32,000 nt of DNA from Candidatus Calditenuaceae archaeon HR02 (GTDB lineage Archaea > Thermoproteota > Nitrososphaeria_A > Caldarchaeales > Calditenuaceae): NCBI GenBank assembly GCA_002898395.1, contig BEHE01000015.1, positions 15,142 to 47,141 of the forward strand, read 5' to 3'. Below, in pieces: positions 1-6,840 of this stretch. The notes under the pieces were generated by a model. It was not told where the DNA came from. It searched no databases and worked only from the letters and a program-made list of their open reading frames with translations. Both the position numbers and the translations under genes were made by a program. Numbering within the stretch: the stretch's first letter is position 1; each line of letters starts with the position of its first letter.

Positions 1-165
1 AGAGCCCTAGCACGAATATACTCGACAATCCTTGCCATCGTTCAGAGGCCCTGCCGCCCCTCTCCATAGATAAATGATGAAGATGGGGGGGTCATGGGGC
101 CATTATCCCGTATTACTCGATAAATATCAGGGGAGTCCCTAAGGCATGCCCGGTGGCTGTGAATG

Positions 166-180
166 GATAAATATGAGGGG
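166..180 (+). promoter_or_regulatory. TATA/BRE-like box GATAAATATGAGGGG upstream of secG
   Basis: An AT-rich octamer is centred about 27 nt upstream of GTG 197, the usual spacing for an archaeal leaderless transcript. Confidence 0.5.
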
Positions 181-196
181 CTGGTATTAGAGGGGC

Positions 197-376
197 GTGT
201 CAGGCTCGCGGAGGCGTAGGAGGGAGGCGCCCCTGCCGGCCACAGGGGCTGGGCTGCTAAGGTTCTTTGAGGAAGAGACCAAGGGTATTAAGCTCAAGCC
301 CCAGATAATCCTCTTAGCCGGCGGCCTCTTGATAGCCATGGTGCTATTGTTCAGAATCCTCTTCCCCACACTCTAA
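197..376 (+). CDS. secG: Preprotein translocase subunit Sec61-beta (archaeal SecG), 59 aa, GTG start. Absent from the supplied ORF track.
   Basis: Hand translation gives (M)SGSRRRRREAPLPATGAGLLRFFEEETKGIKLKPQIILLAGGLLIAMVLLFRILFPTL*. It has the basic N-terminal tail, the AGL(I/L)R(Y/F)(Y/F)EEE motif and the single C-terminal TM helix typical of archaeal Sec61-beta. A TATA-like ATAAATAT (167-174) lies about 25-30 nt upstream of the GTG. Confidence 0.8.
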   Translation: MSGSRRRRREAPLPATGAGLLRFFEEETKGIKLKPQIILLAGGLLIAMVLLFRILFPTL

Positions 377-393
377 AACCAGAAGATAATGAG

Positions 394-400
394 AAAAAAA
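394..400 (-). terminator. Oligo-T (T7) archaeal terminator candidate for the 435..584 transcript
   Basis: An A7 run on the + strand reads as T7 on the - strand, downstream of the TAG stop at 435-437. Confidence 0.4.
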
Positions 401-434
401 GTAGGAGGTATACGTAGTATCGGCAGGGCCGCGT

Positions 435-584
435 CTACTGGCCCTGTTGTGGCTGTGCAGGTGCCTCCGTGGGAGCTGGTTTTTCAGCAGGCTTCTTGGC
501 CGCAGCCTTCTTCCGTTTTGCGCGCGCTGCCTTCTTTCCACCCTTCTTAGCCTTGGCCGACCTTCTAGCTTTTCGCGCCGGCAT
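435..584 (-). CDS. Hypothetical 49-aa Lys/Ala-rich highly basic protein (histone-H1-tail-like composition). Not in the ORF track.
   Basis: Hand translation gives MPARKARRSAKAKKGGKKAARAKRKKAAAKKPAEKPAPTEAPAQPQQGQ*. AT-rich TATA-like elements lie 10-40 nt upstream (594-626) and a T7 run follows on the same strand about 35 nt after the stop (394-400). That T-run falls inside the competing 128-aa track ORF 344..730, which argues against that ORF. Confidence 0.45.
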   Translation of the reverse strand: MPARKARRSAKAKKGGKKAARAKRKKAAAKKPAEKPAPTEAPAQPQQGQ

Positions 585-593
585 ACCACACAC

Positions 594-626
594 GCAAAAT
601 ATAGTGAGATTATCAATAATATAAGA
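594..626. promoter_or_regulatory. AT-rich divergent promoter region between 435..584(-) and 649..1269(+)
   Basis: The sequence AAAATATAGTGAGATTATCAATAATATAAG contains two TATA-like elements. AATAATATAA lies about 25-30 nt upstream of ATG 649. Confidence 0.4.
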
Positions 627-648
627 ATTTTGCTATCACGGTCATGGT

Positions 649-1269
649 ATGAAGGATTTATACCGCCACGGCCATCATGTAGTTGTGTTGTCGAGGTTTT
701 CGGTGGTTGTCTTAGCAGCAGGTGGGTCAAGGAGAATGGGGTCGAACAAGCTACTGAAAACCCTCTCAGGTAAGCCGCTAGTTTCGTGGAGTGTGGAGGC
801 GGCGCTTTCCTCGGGCTGTGCCGAGGTGGTCGTGGTGGTTGGACATGAGGCTGAGAGGGTTAAAGGGGCTCTTCCCCCTGGGGTCAGGCCTGTAGTTAAC
901 AAGGAGTGGGGGGCGGGTATTTCAAGCAGTATTAAGAGAGGTGTGCAGGAGATCTCCCAGGACTCAGAGGCGGTTGTCATAATGGTTGCCGACCAACCCC
1001 TCGTCCATCCCGCCATCCCCGCACTCCTAGCCAGCCTAGTGCTTCAGGGAGGACATCCCCTATCCTGCGCCTCCGTGAAGGGTGAGCCGCGAAACCCCGC
1101 CGCCTTTCACAGGAGCCTCTACAATGAGCTGCTTGGACTTGAGGGTGATAGGGGTGCAAAGAGCGTGATTTTCCGGCATCTCCCCGAGGCCGCACTTCTT
1201 GAAGTGCCCGAAGATATGCTAATGGACGTGGACACGCTCGAGGATTTGGAGAGGCTGACAAAACCCTAA
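649..1269 (+). CDS. MobA-like NTP-transferase domain protein (molybdenum cofactor cytidylyl/guanylyl-transferase family)
   Basis: The N-terminal VVVLAAGGSRRMGSNKLL motif matches the LAAGxSxRMG loop. VVVGH and VADQPLV segments are typical of MobA/MocA-like proteins. Confidence 0.7.
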   Translation: MKDLYRHGHHVVVLSRFSVVVLAAGGSRRMGSNKLLKTLSGKPLVSWSVEAALSSGCAEVVVVVGHEAERVKGALPPGVRPVVNKEWGAGISSSIKRGVQEISQDSEAVVIMVADQPLVHPAIPALLASLVLQGGHPLSCASVKGEPRNPAAFHRSLYNELLGLEGDRGAKSVIFRHLPEAALLEVPEDMLMDVDTLEDLERLTKP

Positions 1270-1310
1270 ACCCCACTAGGTAAATTGATTTATCCTTTGT
1301 TGGGCTTGGA

Positions 1311-2096
1311 TTGGGGAGAGGCTGGGCGGTCGTGGGCAGGCTTGATGGGCTCGTAGCATTGGTAACCGGTTCGAGCAGGGGTATTGGGAGAGGCATCGCT
1401 GTGGAGATGGCGAAGGAGGGAGCCAAGCTAGTAATACACGCAACACGAAGAGAGGGTTTGAAGGAGACTGCGCAGATACTCACCGAGCTTGGCGTCGACT
1501 TTGTAGAGCTAGCCGCAGATCTATCCCAAGTAAGTGCCTGTGAGAGGGTGGTTGACGAGACGGTTGAGCGGATGGGCAGGATCGACATACTGGTAAACAA
1601 CGCGGGGGTTAACGTTGCTAAGCCAGCATCAGAGCTAAGCCTTGACGAGTGGGACTGGGTGTTGGCAGTGAACCTTAAGGCGCCCTTCATATGCTCAAGG
1701 CATGCCGCCAAGTATATGTCAACCCGGAAGTGGGGCAGGATCATCAACATAGCCTCGGTAACGTCTTTTATGGGGATTGGTGGTAGAGCGGCCTATGCCT
1801 CCTCTAAGGCTGGTATACTGGGTCTGACCCGCACATTGGCGCTCGAGTTGGCTGCACACGGGGTCACGGTTAACGCGATCGCGCCGGGCTTCATAGCGAC
1901 CGACATGGTTAGGCGGCGGATAGAGGAGGGAACGCTCGATCTCGAGAGATTACTCAAGAGGATACCCTTAGGCAGGCTCGGAACCCCTGAGGAGGTGGGT
2001 AGGCTGGCGGCATTCTTGGCAAGCCCCGAGGCCTCCTACATCACTGGCCAAGTCTTCGTGATTGATGGGGGCTTTTTAGCCAACGCCACGCCTTAA
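1311..2096 (+). CDS. Short-chain dehydrogenase/reductase (FabG-like SDR)
   Basis: [10 protein letters not shown] cofactor loop, NNAG, and catalytic YASSK (YxxxK). The start could instead be GTG 1332. Confidence 0.85.
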   Translation: MGRGWAVVGRLDGLVALVTGSSRGIGRGIAVEMAKEGAKLVIHATRREGLKETAQILTELGVDFVELAADLSQVSACERVVDETVERMGRIDILVNNAGVNVAKPASELSLDEWDWVLAVNLKAPFICSRHAAKYMSTRKWGRIINIASVTSFMGIGGRAAYASSKAGILGLTRTLALELAAHGVTVNAIAPGFIATDMVRRRIEEGTLDLERLLKRIPLGRLGTPEEVGRLAAFLASPEASYITGQVFVIDGGFLANATP

Positions 2097-2135
2097 AAAG
2101 CTCTAATACGTTATATAGGGGATTAGCCGTTCTGG

Positions 2136-2741
2136 TTGAGGATGCCTAAAAAAGGTAGGAAGGGGGCGAGTGTCAGAGGAGGACGTCTCAGGTTCTCACA
2201 CATAGTCGCCCTTATCCCCGCAGTTGTCTTCATAGGACTTATCGTGTTTCTATTTTTACAACCAGCCGCTCAGCCGCCCATCACCAAGATAACCTCATCA
2301 AATGAGGGAGGGGAGGCGCCAGACTTCGTATTAAGGAGGATCACCCCCAACGGCCTGAGCGATGAGACATTTATCCTATCGTCTACTAGGGGGAGGGTGG
2401 TCTTCCTAGACTTTGCATGGTGGCGGTGCCCGCACTGTAACAACATGGAACCGGTGATCAGGGACCTCTACTCGGAGTTTAGCAGTCGTGGAGTCGTCTT
2501 CGTTACCGTGTTGCTCGATGACAGGCAGAGCAGTATCTCTGATAGCGCCCGATTCGTCGCCCAGCATGAGATTCCTTGGACTGCTCTCTGGGACGAGGGA
2601 GGGAGAGTCTTTGACCGGTACGGTGTAACGGGGACCCCAACCTATGTCATAATAAACGAGGAGGGTAGGATTGTCAGGGTCTTGACCGGTGAGCAGCCGA
2701 AGCAGGTTCTCGCAGACATTTTGAGCTCGGTTCTAAGGTGA
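2136..2741 (+). CDS. Membrane-anchored thioredoxin-like thiol:disulfide oxidoreductase (TlpA/redoxin-like, CPHC active site)
   Basis: N-terminal TM helix (IVALIPAVVFIGLIVFLFL) and a WWRCPHCNNMEP CxxC motif in a thioredoxin-fold context (GTPTYVII). The likely start is ATG 2142, about 25 nt after the TATA TTATATAGG. Confidence 0.8.
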   Translation: MRMPKKGRKGASVRGGRLRFSHIVALIPAVVFIGLIVFLFLQPAAQPPITKITSSNEGGEAPDFVLRRITPNGLSDETFILSSTRGRVVFLDFAWWRCPHCNNMEPVIRDLYSEFSSRGVVFVTVLLDDRQSSISDSARFVAQHEIPWTALWDEGGRVFDRYGVTGTPTYVIINEEGRIVRVLTGEQPKQVLADILSSVLR

Positions 2742-2744
2742 TAG

Positions 2745-3197
2745 GTGGGTTCTTTGGGCTACTGGTCGCCTTCACGATTGGCGCACCTATCCTCAGCCAT
2801 CCTCTCAGCCGTAGGTCTCCCCCTCTCAATCTATCTAGTCTCACCAGGCGACCTCCCCCAGTTCTGCGAGATTGGCAGCAGATTCTCCTGCGGGACGGTA
2901 ATCCATAGCGAATACTCTAGGTTCATGGGCATACCAATTGCATACTTAGGAGCCGTATGGTTCGGCGCAGCCCTGGCCTTGTCCCTCGCAGCGGTGGCTG
3001 GGCTCAGGGTCGGGAACATCCTACTATACTGGTCAGTTCTAGGCGTTCTCGGAGCACTGGCCCTCCTGCTCGTAGAGATATTTATAATAGGTAGTATATG
3101 CCTGCTCTGCAGCTTTGCGCACGCGGCGGGGGCAGGGGTCTTTGCGGCGGCCTATCTAGCACGCCTCTGGTCTCAGCCGCCCATAACCTCTGGGTAG
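2745..3197 (+). CDS. Vitamin K epoxide reductase (VKOR) family membrane protein
   Basis: Four predicted TM helices, a loop cysteine pair C-x7-C (CEIGSRFSC), a conserved SxYSxxxGIPxAxxG segment, and a CLLC redox motif in the last TM helix. Confidence 0.85.
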   Translation: MGSLGYWSPSRLAHLSSAILSAVGLPLSIYLVSPGDLPQFCEIGSRFSCGTVIHSEYSRFMGIPIAYLGAVWFGAALALSLAAVAGLRVGNILLYWSVLGVLGALALLLVEIFIIGSICLLCSFAHAAGAGVFAAAYLARLWSQPPITSG

Positions 3198-3412
3198 AAG
3201 TAGAAAGTCTTCCCCACCTCCCTGACGACCTCCCCCACCCCAGCAGCCTCGTCTATCACTTTCCCCTTGCCTACTAGCCTAAAGAAAGCGCCAGATACGC
3301 CGATCTCCCTCGAAACCCTATCTATAAGCTGACCGACCCGCTCGTCGGGCCCCACCTCTACTCTGACCCTCCGCGCAGGGCCTATGAGCGGTATGATCTC
3401 TATTACCTCCAT
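3173..3412 (-). CDS. Ubiquitin-like beta-grasp small protein with C-terminal Gly-Gly (Ubl/SAMP/Urm1-like; MoaD/ThiS not excluded)
   Basis: The 79-aa ORF ends ...FYFYPEVMGG*. It aligns by hand, without gaps, to ubiquitin residues 13-76, including RL(V)xxGK and the terminal GG. A TATA-like TTAAAATAT lies about 30 nt upstream of the ATG. Confidence 0.65.
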   Translation of the reverse strand: MEVIEIIPLIGPARRVRVEVGPDERVGQLIDRVSREIGVSGAFFRLVGKGKVIDEAAGVGEVVREVGKTFYFYPEVMGG

Positions 3413-3570
3413 TCCGCCGTCCCCCTTCGCATCCCCATATTTTAACAGAGCAGGAGCCGCAAAATTGGAGATTTCTTGGGTATGTAGGGAAAATTATCTA
3501 CCACTGCTTAGATATACCGCGGAGAAAACTCTATTATCGGTTAAGGACGTTTAGCTGTGAGCTGAGAGGC

Positions 3571-4017
3571 TTGGGAGCGGGGCTAGACGAGGTGGATAGA
3601 AAGATCATAGAGCTAATGAGACTTGACGCCAGGAGGAGCTACCAATCAATCGGTAAAGAGCTCGGGGTCTCGGAGGGGGCCATCAGAAAGAGGGTGAAGA
3701 GGATGATAGAGGCAGGCGTCATAAAGCGATTCACAATCGAGGTTGAGAAGCCACAGCAGGTCCAAGCAATATCTATGATCTCCGTGGACCCGTCAGTCCC
3801 AACCCCTACCGTGGCCGAGAAGCTTGCGAGGGTCAGGGGCGTCGAGAGAGTATACGAGATCACCGGAGAGTACGACGCCCTAGTGGTCATATCTATGGAC
3901 AGTATATCTGAGCTTAACAGATGTATCGAGGAGATTAGGACGATCCAGGGTGTGAGGGAAACGAACACCGCGATGGTACTCAGGGTTGTGACCCCTTCCC
4001 CTCAATCAGCTGGATAA
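3571..4017 (+). CDS. Lrp/AsnC family transcriptional regulator
   Basis: N-terminal HTH (LDEVDRKIIELMRLDARRSYQSIGKELGVSEGAIRKRVKRMIEAGVIKRF) followed by a RAM/ACT-like C-terminal domain. TTG start. Confidence 0.9.
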   Translation: MGAGLDEVDRKIIELMRLDARRSYQSIGKELGVSEGAIRKRVKRMIEAGVIKRFTIEVEKPQQVQAISMISVDPSVPTPTVAEKLARVRGVERVYEITGEYDALVVISMDSISELNRCIEEIRTIQGVRETNTAMVLRVVTPSPQSAG

Positions 4018-4528
4018 GCTTTTCAACAGCCTCCCTCGGAGTGTGGGCGCTGTGTATGATGGCTTTACGTCTCTCATCTATGTACTTGCCAGCATATTCA
4101 TCCGCCACGCCCCCTGAGCCCACTAAAGCGACTATGGGTTTTCCCTCCAAGTAGGCCACTGCCACCTCTATCAAGGTACCCGCACCTCCGCCAATCACTA
4201 TGACTCCGTCCGCCGACCAGACGTTTACCATGTTCCTCATGTGACTCAGCCCTGTTGCGATCTTGACCTTGCTGTATGGGTTGGCCAGCGAAGTGTCTTT
4301 CTGGGGTAGGATAGATACCGTAATACCGCCACGCTCGTAAGCGCCCCTCGCCGCAGAGGCCATCACTCCCCCAAGCCCACCAGTCAGTAAAACATGTCCA
4401 CGGCGCGCAATCTCCGCACCCACCTCATAGGCTAAAGCCCTAGCTACATCGGTGCAGGACTCCTCGTTATAGCCGACAACCAGTATCTGATACACGTGAA
4501 TCCACCCCCAGCACTTCCATCCCACCAC
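3980..4528 (-). CDS. TIGR00725/LOG-like Rossmann-fold protein (lysine-decarboxylase-like family)
   Basis: LLTGGLGGVMASAARGA, RN-containing segment (SHMRNMVNV) and IGGGAGTLIEVAVA motifs. The start may be GTG 4495. Confidence 0.75.
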   Translation of the reverse strand: MVGWKCWGWIHVYQILVVGYNEESCTDVARALAYEVGAEIARRGHVLLTGGLGGVMASAARGAYERGGITVSILPQKDTSLANPYSKVKIATGLSHMRNMVNVWSADGVIVIGGGAGTLIEVAVAYLEGKPIVALVGSGGVADEYAGKYIDERRKAIIHSAHTPREAVEKLIQLIEGKGSQP

Positions 4529-4534
4529 CGTCTC

Positions 4535-4541
4535 AAAAAAA
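4535..4541 (-). terminator. Oligo-T (T7) terminator candidate after the 4549..5076 gene
   Basis: An A7 run on the + strand reads as T7 on the - strand, starting 8 nt after the TGA stop at 4549-4551. Confidence 0.45.
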
Positions 4542-4548
4542 GACTCTT

Positions 4549-5076
4549 TCAGGGGCGGTGCCGCCTATGCCTACCCTCACCCTTGGCCTGGTTTATTGCC
4601 GTATCCACGATGTTAGCGTCCATCAGGGCGAGTAAGAGTTCGTCATAGTTCTTCTCAATATCCACTAGGGCGCTGTCGGGGGAGGTTATATCCACCATTC
4701 TTTTACATTTCCAGATATATCCCCCACCCTTAAGATTTAGCCTGGTGAACACCCCAACAAGCCTTCTATCCAAGTCGTAGTTGGGCCACGGCAAGATGTA
4801 TTCGACGAAGCAGAACCTATACGCTTTTTCATGAACATCGCCGTAGAAGGTGTTGAAATAGAGGTTAAGTGGCTCATCCCTCACATAAGTCTCCCAAGTC
4901 GTGAAACGCGTGAAAAACGGGACCCAGCCATCCTCCCGTAGCTCCATATCCTCCAGAGAGACTGGGCGCTTCCAGGCCGATGGAAAGAATCCACGCATCT
5001 CGAGAAGCGGTATAATCGCCCTCTGGATAATCCCCTGCCTCATCAACTCTATCCTCTCCCTGAGACTAAGATTCAT
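4549..5076 (-). CDS. Hypothetical protein (175 aa), transcribed divergently from XPF
   Basis: Long ORF with a plausible composition and a basic C-terminal tail (GEGRHRRHRP). I recognised no family. Confidence 0.55.
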   Translation of the reverse strand: MNLSLRERIELMRQGIIQRAIIPLLEMRGFFPSAWKRPVSLEDMELREDGWVPFFTRFTTWETYVRDEPLNLYFNTFYGDVHEKAYRFCFVEYILPWPNYDLDRRLVGVFTRLNLKGGGYIWKCKRMVDITSPDSALVDIEKNYDELLLALMDANIVDTAINQAKGEGRHRRHRP

Positions 5077-5184
5077 CCCTCATCACTCGCCAAGCTGCTC
5101 GGCCCCGACCCGTGAGCCAATTATTCTCCGCCAAACGGACGCTAAATCTTACTACATAGCGGTTTAAATAACCTTAACTCGATT

Positions 5185-5979
5185 ATGTCAGAGGGGCAAA
5201 TGATAGTCGTGGACGCGAATGAGGCGTCTGAGAACTCTAAGATGGTTGAGGCTCTTAAAAAAGTGGTGGAGGTGGCTGTCAGGCCTCTGGACGCGGGAGA
5301 CTACCTGATACTCGGCTCGAGGGGGCAGGTCCTTATCGAGAGGAAGAGGATCTTCGACTTCTTAAACAGCTTGAAGGGGAGGCTGTGGGACCAGCTTACA
5401 GTTCTTAAAAGCTTTGAGGGCGAGAAGCTGCTTATTCTTGAGGGCTATTTAGGGCTTTACAGGAAGAGTAAGTGGAACGAGACGGCGGTCCTCGGACTCA
5501 TCGACCGAATCGTGCTGGAGTGGGGGATACCAATTATACCTACGCCCGACGTAAAGGCGACCCTCACCTATCTGGTGTGGAAGCATAAGAGGCTGGGCGA
5601 GGAGGAGGAGATCAGAGAATACCCTTTGAGGGTTAGTGGGAGGGAGATGACGCCTCAGGAGCAGGCATTATATACCCTCGAGGGTCTATGCGGACACAAG
5701 ACGGCCAAGGCTCTGTTAGCCCAGTTCAAGACGCTGGGAAATGTCATTGCCCTCTTCCACAACCGTCCAATACTCGAGGTCGAGAAGGCTCTCAGAGACG
5801 TAAAGGTAGGTGGGCGTAGAATACCTTCCACTACGATAAAGAAGATGCACGTCGCTGTGAACACAGTTTATACGGAGCCCAGCCAGGCTGATGTAGAGGG
5901 TGTCGATGCCCAGCCCAGCAGAGAGGGCGGAGAGAGTGATAGCAGCGGTCAGGAAGCTCAAGGAGAAGGGGAGTTATGA
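5185..5979 (+). CDS. xpf: XPF/ERCC4-family structure-specific endonuclease, short crenarchaeal form (nuclease + HhH2, no helicase domain)
   Basis: ERCC4 signature: VVDANE ... GDYLI ... IERKRIFDFLNSLKGRLWDQ ... LLILEG. An HhH-like LEGLCGHKTAKALLAQFKTLGNV follows. A TATA GTTTAAATAA lies about 20-25 nt upstream of the ATG. Confidence 0.8.
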   Translation: MSEGQMIVVDANEASENSKMVEALKKVVEVAVRPLDAGDYLILGSRGQVLIERKRIFDFLNSLKGRLWDQLTVLKSFEGEKLLILEGYLGLYRKSKWNETAVLGLIDRIVLEWGIPIIPTPDVKATLTYLVWKHKRLGEEEEIREYPLRVSGREMTPQEQALYTLEGLCGHKTAKALLAQFKTLGNVIALFHNRPILEVEKALRDVKVGGRRIPSTTIKKMHVAVNTVYTEPSQADVEGVDAQPSREGGESDSSGQEAQGEGEL

Positions 5980-6328
5980 GCATGCCTACGAGCTGATCAA
6001 CCAGATCAAGGACCTTTGCCCGCCGGGCATAGAGTGGGGCTTCGAGCTGGCTAGGCTGGCCGGCGTCTCATACATCGCAGAGGGTGGCAGGATAGTGGCA
6101 CTAAGCATCTCGAGGGGCGAGTTCGGCCCCTTCATGGATTCGCGGATGAAGGAGATCCCGGTGAATAGTATCCCCGTTAACGCCCTATCGCGCATGGTAT
6201 CTGACCCCGAGGGCTTCCTCAACTCTTTCGTCAACCACTTACTCCAGTGGCTTAAGAGCTCTTCCACAAACAGCCCATTGCGCGCTGAGGTGTTGGATTT
6301 TGTCAACACGCTCTCAGCGAAGAGATAG
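5900..6328 (+). CDS. Hypothetical protein (about 140 aa) overlapping the 3' end of xpf by 74-80 nt
   Basis: Third-codon positions are strongly G/C-rich across the ORF, including the overlap. The start is GTG 5900 or ATG 5906. No family recognised. Confidence 0.6.
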   Translation: MSMPSPAERAERVIAAVRKLKEKGSYEHAYELINQIKDLCPPGIEWGFELARLAGVSYIAEGGRIVALSISRGEFGPFMDSRMKEIPVNSIPVNALSRMVSDPEGFLNSFVNHLLQWLKSSSTNSPLRAEVLDFVNTLSAKR

Positions 6329-6337
6329 GAAGTCCAC

Positions 6338-6808
6338 CTACCCTCTCAGCCTCCCTATTATCTCCTCCACCTCAAGCTTACCCTTCTCGGAGAGTTTGTA
6401 CGTCTTCACTCCCGACTGATCAGTGTCGGCCACGAAGTGGTCCTTGTAGGGCTTTCTGAAGAACTCGGTATCTAGCCAGCTCCTCGGCACCTCCTTCCCC
6501 AGCTCTCGCGTCCTCTGGTTTATCTGCTCCCTACTCATTGGTCCCTCAAAGTAGAGCAGCAGCTCAACGAGCTCTCTATATGTGAGTGATTCGAGGTGTT
6601 GCAAAAGGTCCTGTGGAAACCTCTTAGCAGCATGCTGGCCTGAGGGTGCGTACTCTTGGGCTAGGCGGCCTACCAACTCTTGGGCGAGCGCCACTGCCTC
6701 CCCGAGCCCCGACGCCTCAACCAAGCCTCGAACCCTGAGCTTCACTGTGGGCGATAGCTGGAGCTCGACCTCTACCTCATACGCTCTATTCTTTTCTCCG
6801 TGATGCAT
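6338..6808 (-). CDS. Hypothetical protein (156 aa), possible C-terminal winged-helix domain
   Basis: The ORF has its own TATA (ATTTATTATATC on the - strand) about 20 nt upstream of the ATG. The C-terminal half (LTYRELVELLLYFEGPMSREQINQRTRELG...) looks wHTH-like. Confidence 0.55.
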   Translation of the reverse strand: MHHGEKNRAYEVEVELQLSPTVKLRVRGLVEASGLGEAVALAQELVGRLAQEYAPSGQHAAKRFPQDLLQHLESLTYRELVELLLYFEGPMSREQINQRTRELGKEVPRSWLDTEFFRKPYKDHFVADTDQSGVKTYKLSEKGKLEVEEIIGRLRG

Positions 6809-6840
6809 GACATAAGATATGGTTAGATATAATAAATCCT

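Noticed and set aside
1-67. Possible start of a - strand gene leaving the window (ATG at 38 giving MARIVEYIRARA..., or ATG at 67)
   Set aside because: Only 12-22 codons are visible, which is too few to choose a frame or assign a product.
74-80. C-box-like ATGATGA, a possible C/D box sRNA
   Set aside because: There is no CUGA D or D' box within the next 60 nt on that strand, and no terminal stem.
187-369. 60-aa - strand track ORF
   Set aside because: It is antisense to a clear Sec61-beta gene on the + strand, its composition is unconvincing (Ser/Pro/Leu/Arg-rich), and it has no promoter geometry.
344-773. 128-aa (-) and 108-aa (+) track ORFs spanning 344-773
   Set aside because: Both are Arg/Ser/Leu-rich, which is typical of off-frame GC-rich translation. 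The - ORF runs through a T7 terminator-like run and into secG. The + ORF overlaps the MobA-like gene out of frame.
977-1750. 257-aa - strand ORF
   Set aside because: It is antisense to the MobA-like and SDR genes, both of which have clear motifs. Its composition (Ser/Pro/Ala/Leu-rich) is that of a shadow ORF.
3173-3412. Reading the GG-terminal protein as MoaD because a MobA-like gene lies 2 kb away
   Set aside because: There is no moaE/moeB nearby, the two genes are on different strands with four genes between them, and the RLxxxGK block is ubiquitin-like. The idea is kept only as an alternative hypothesis.
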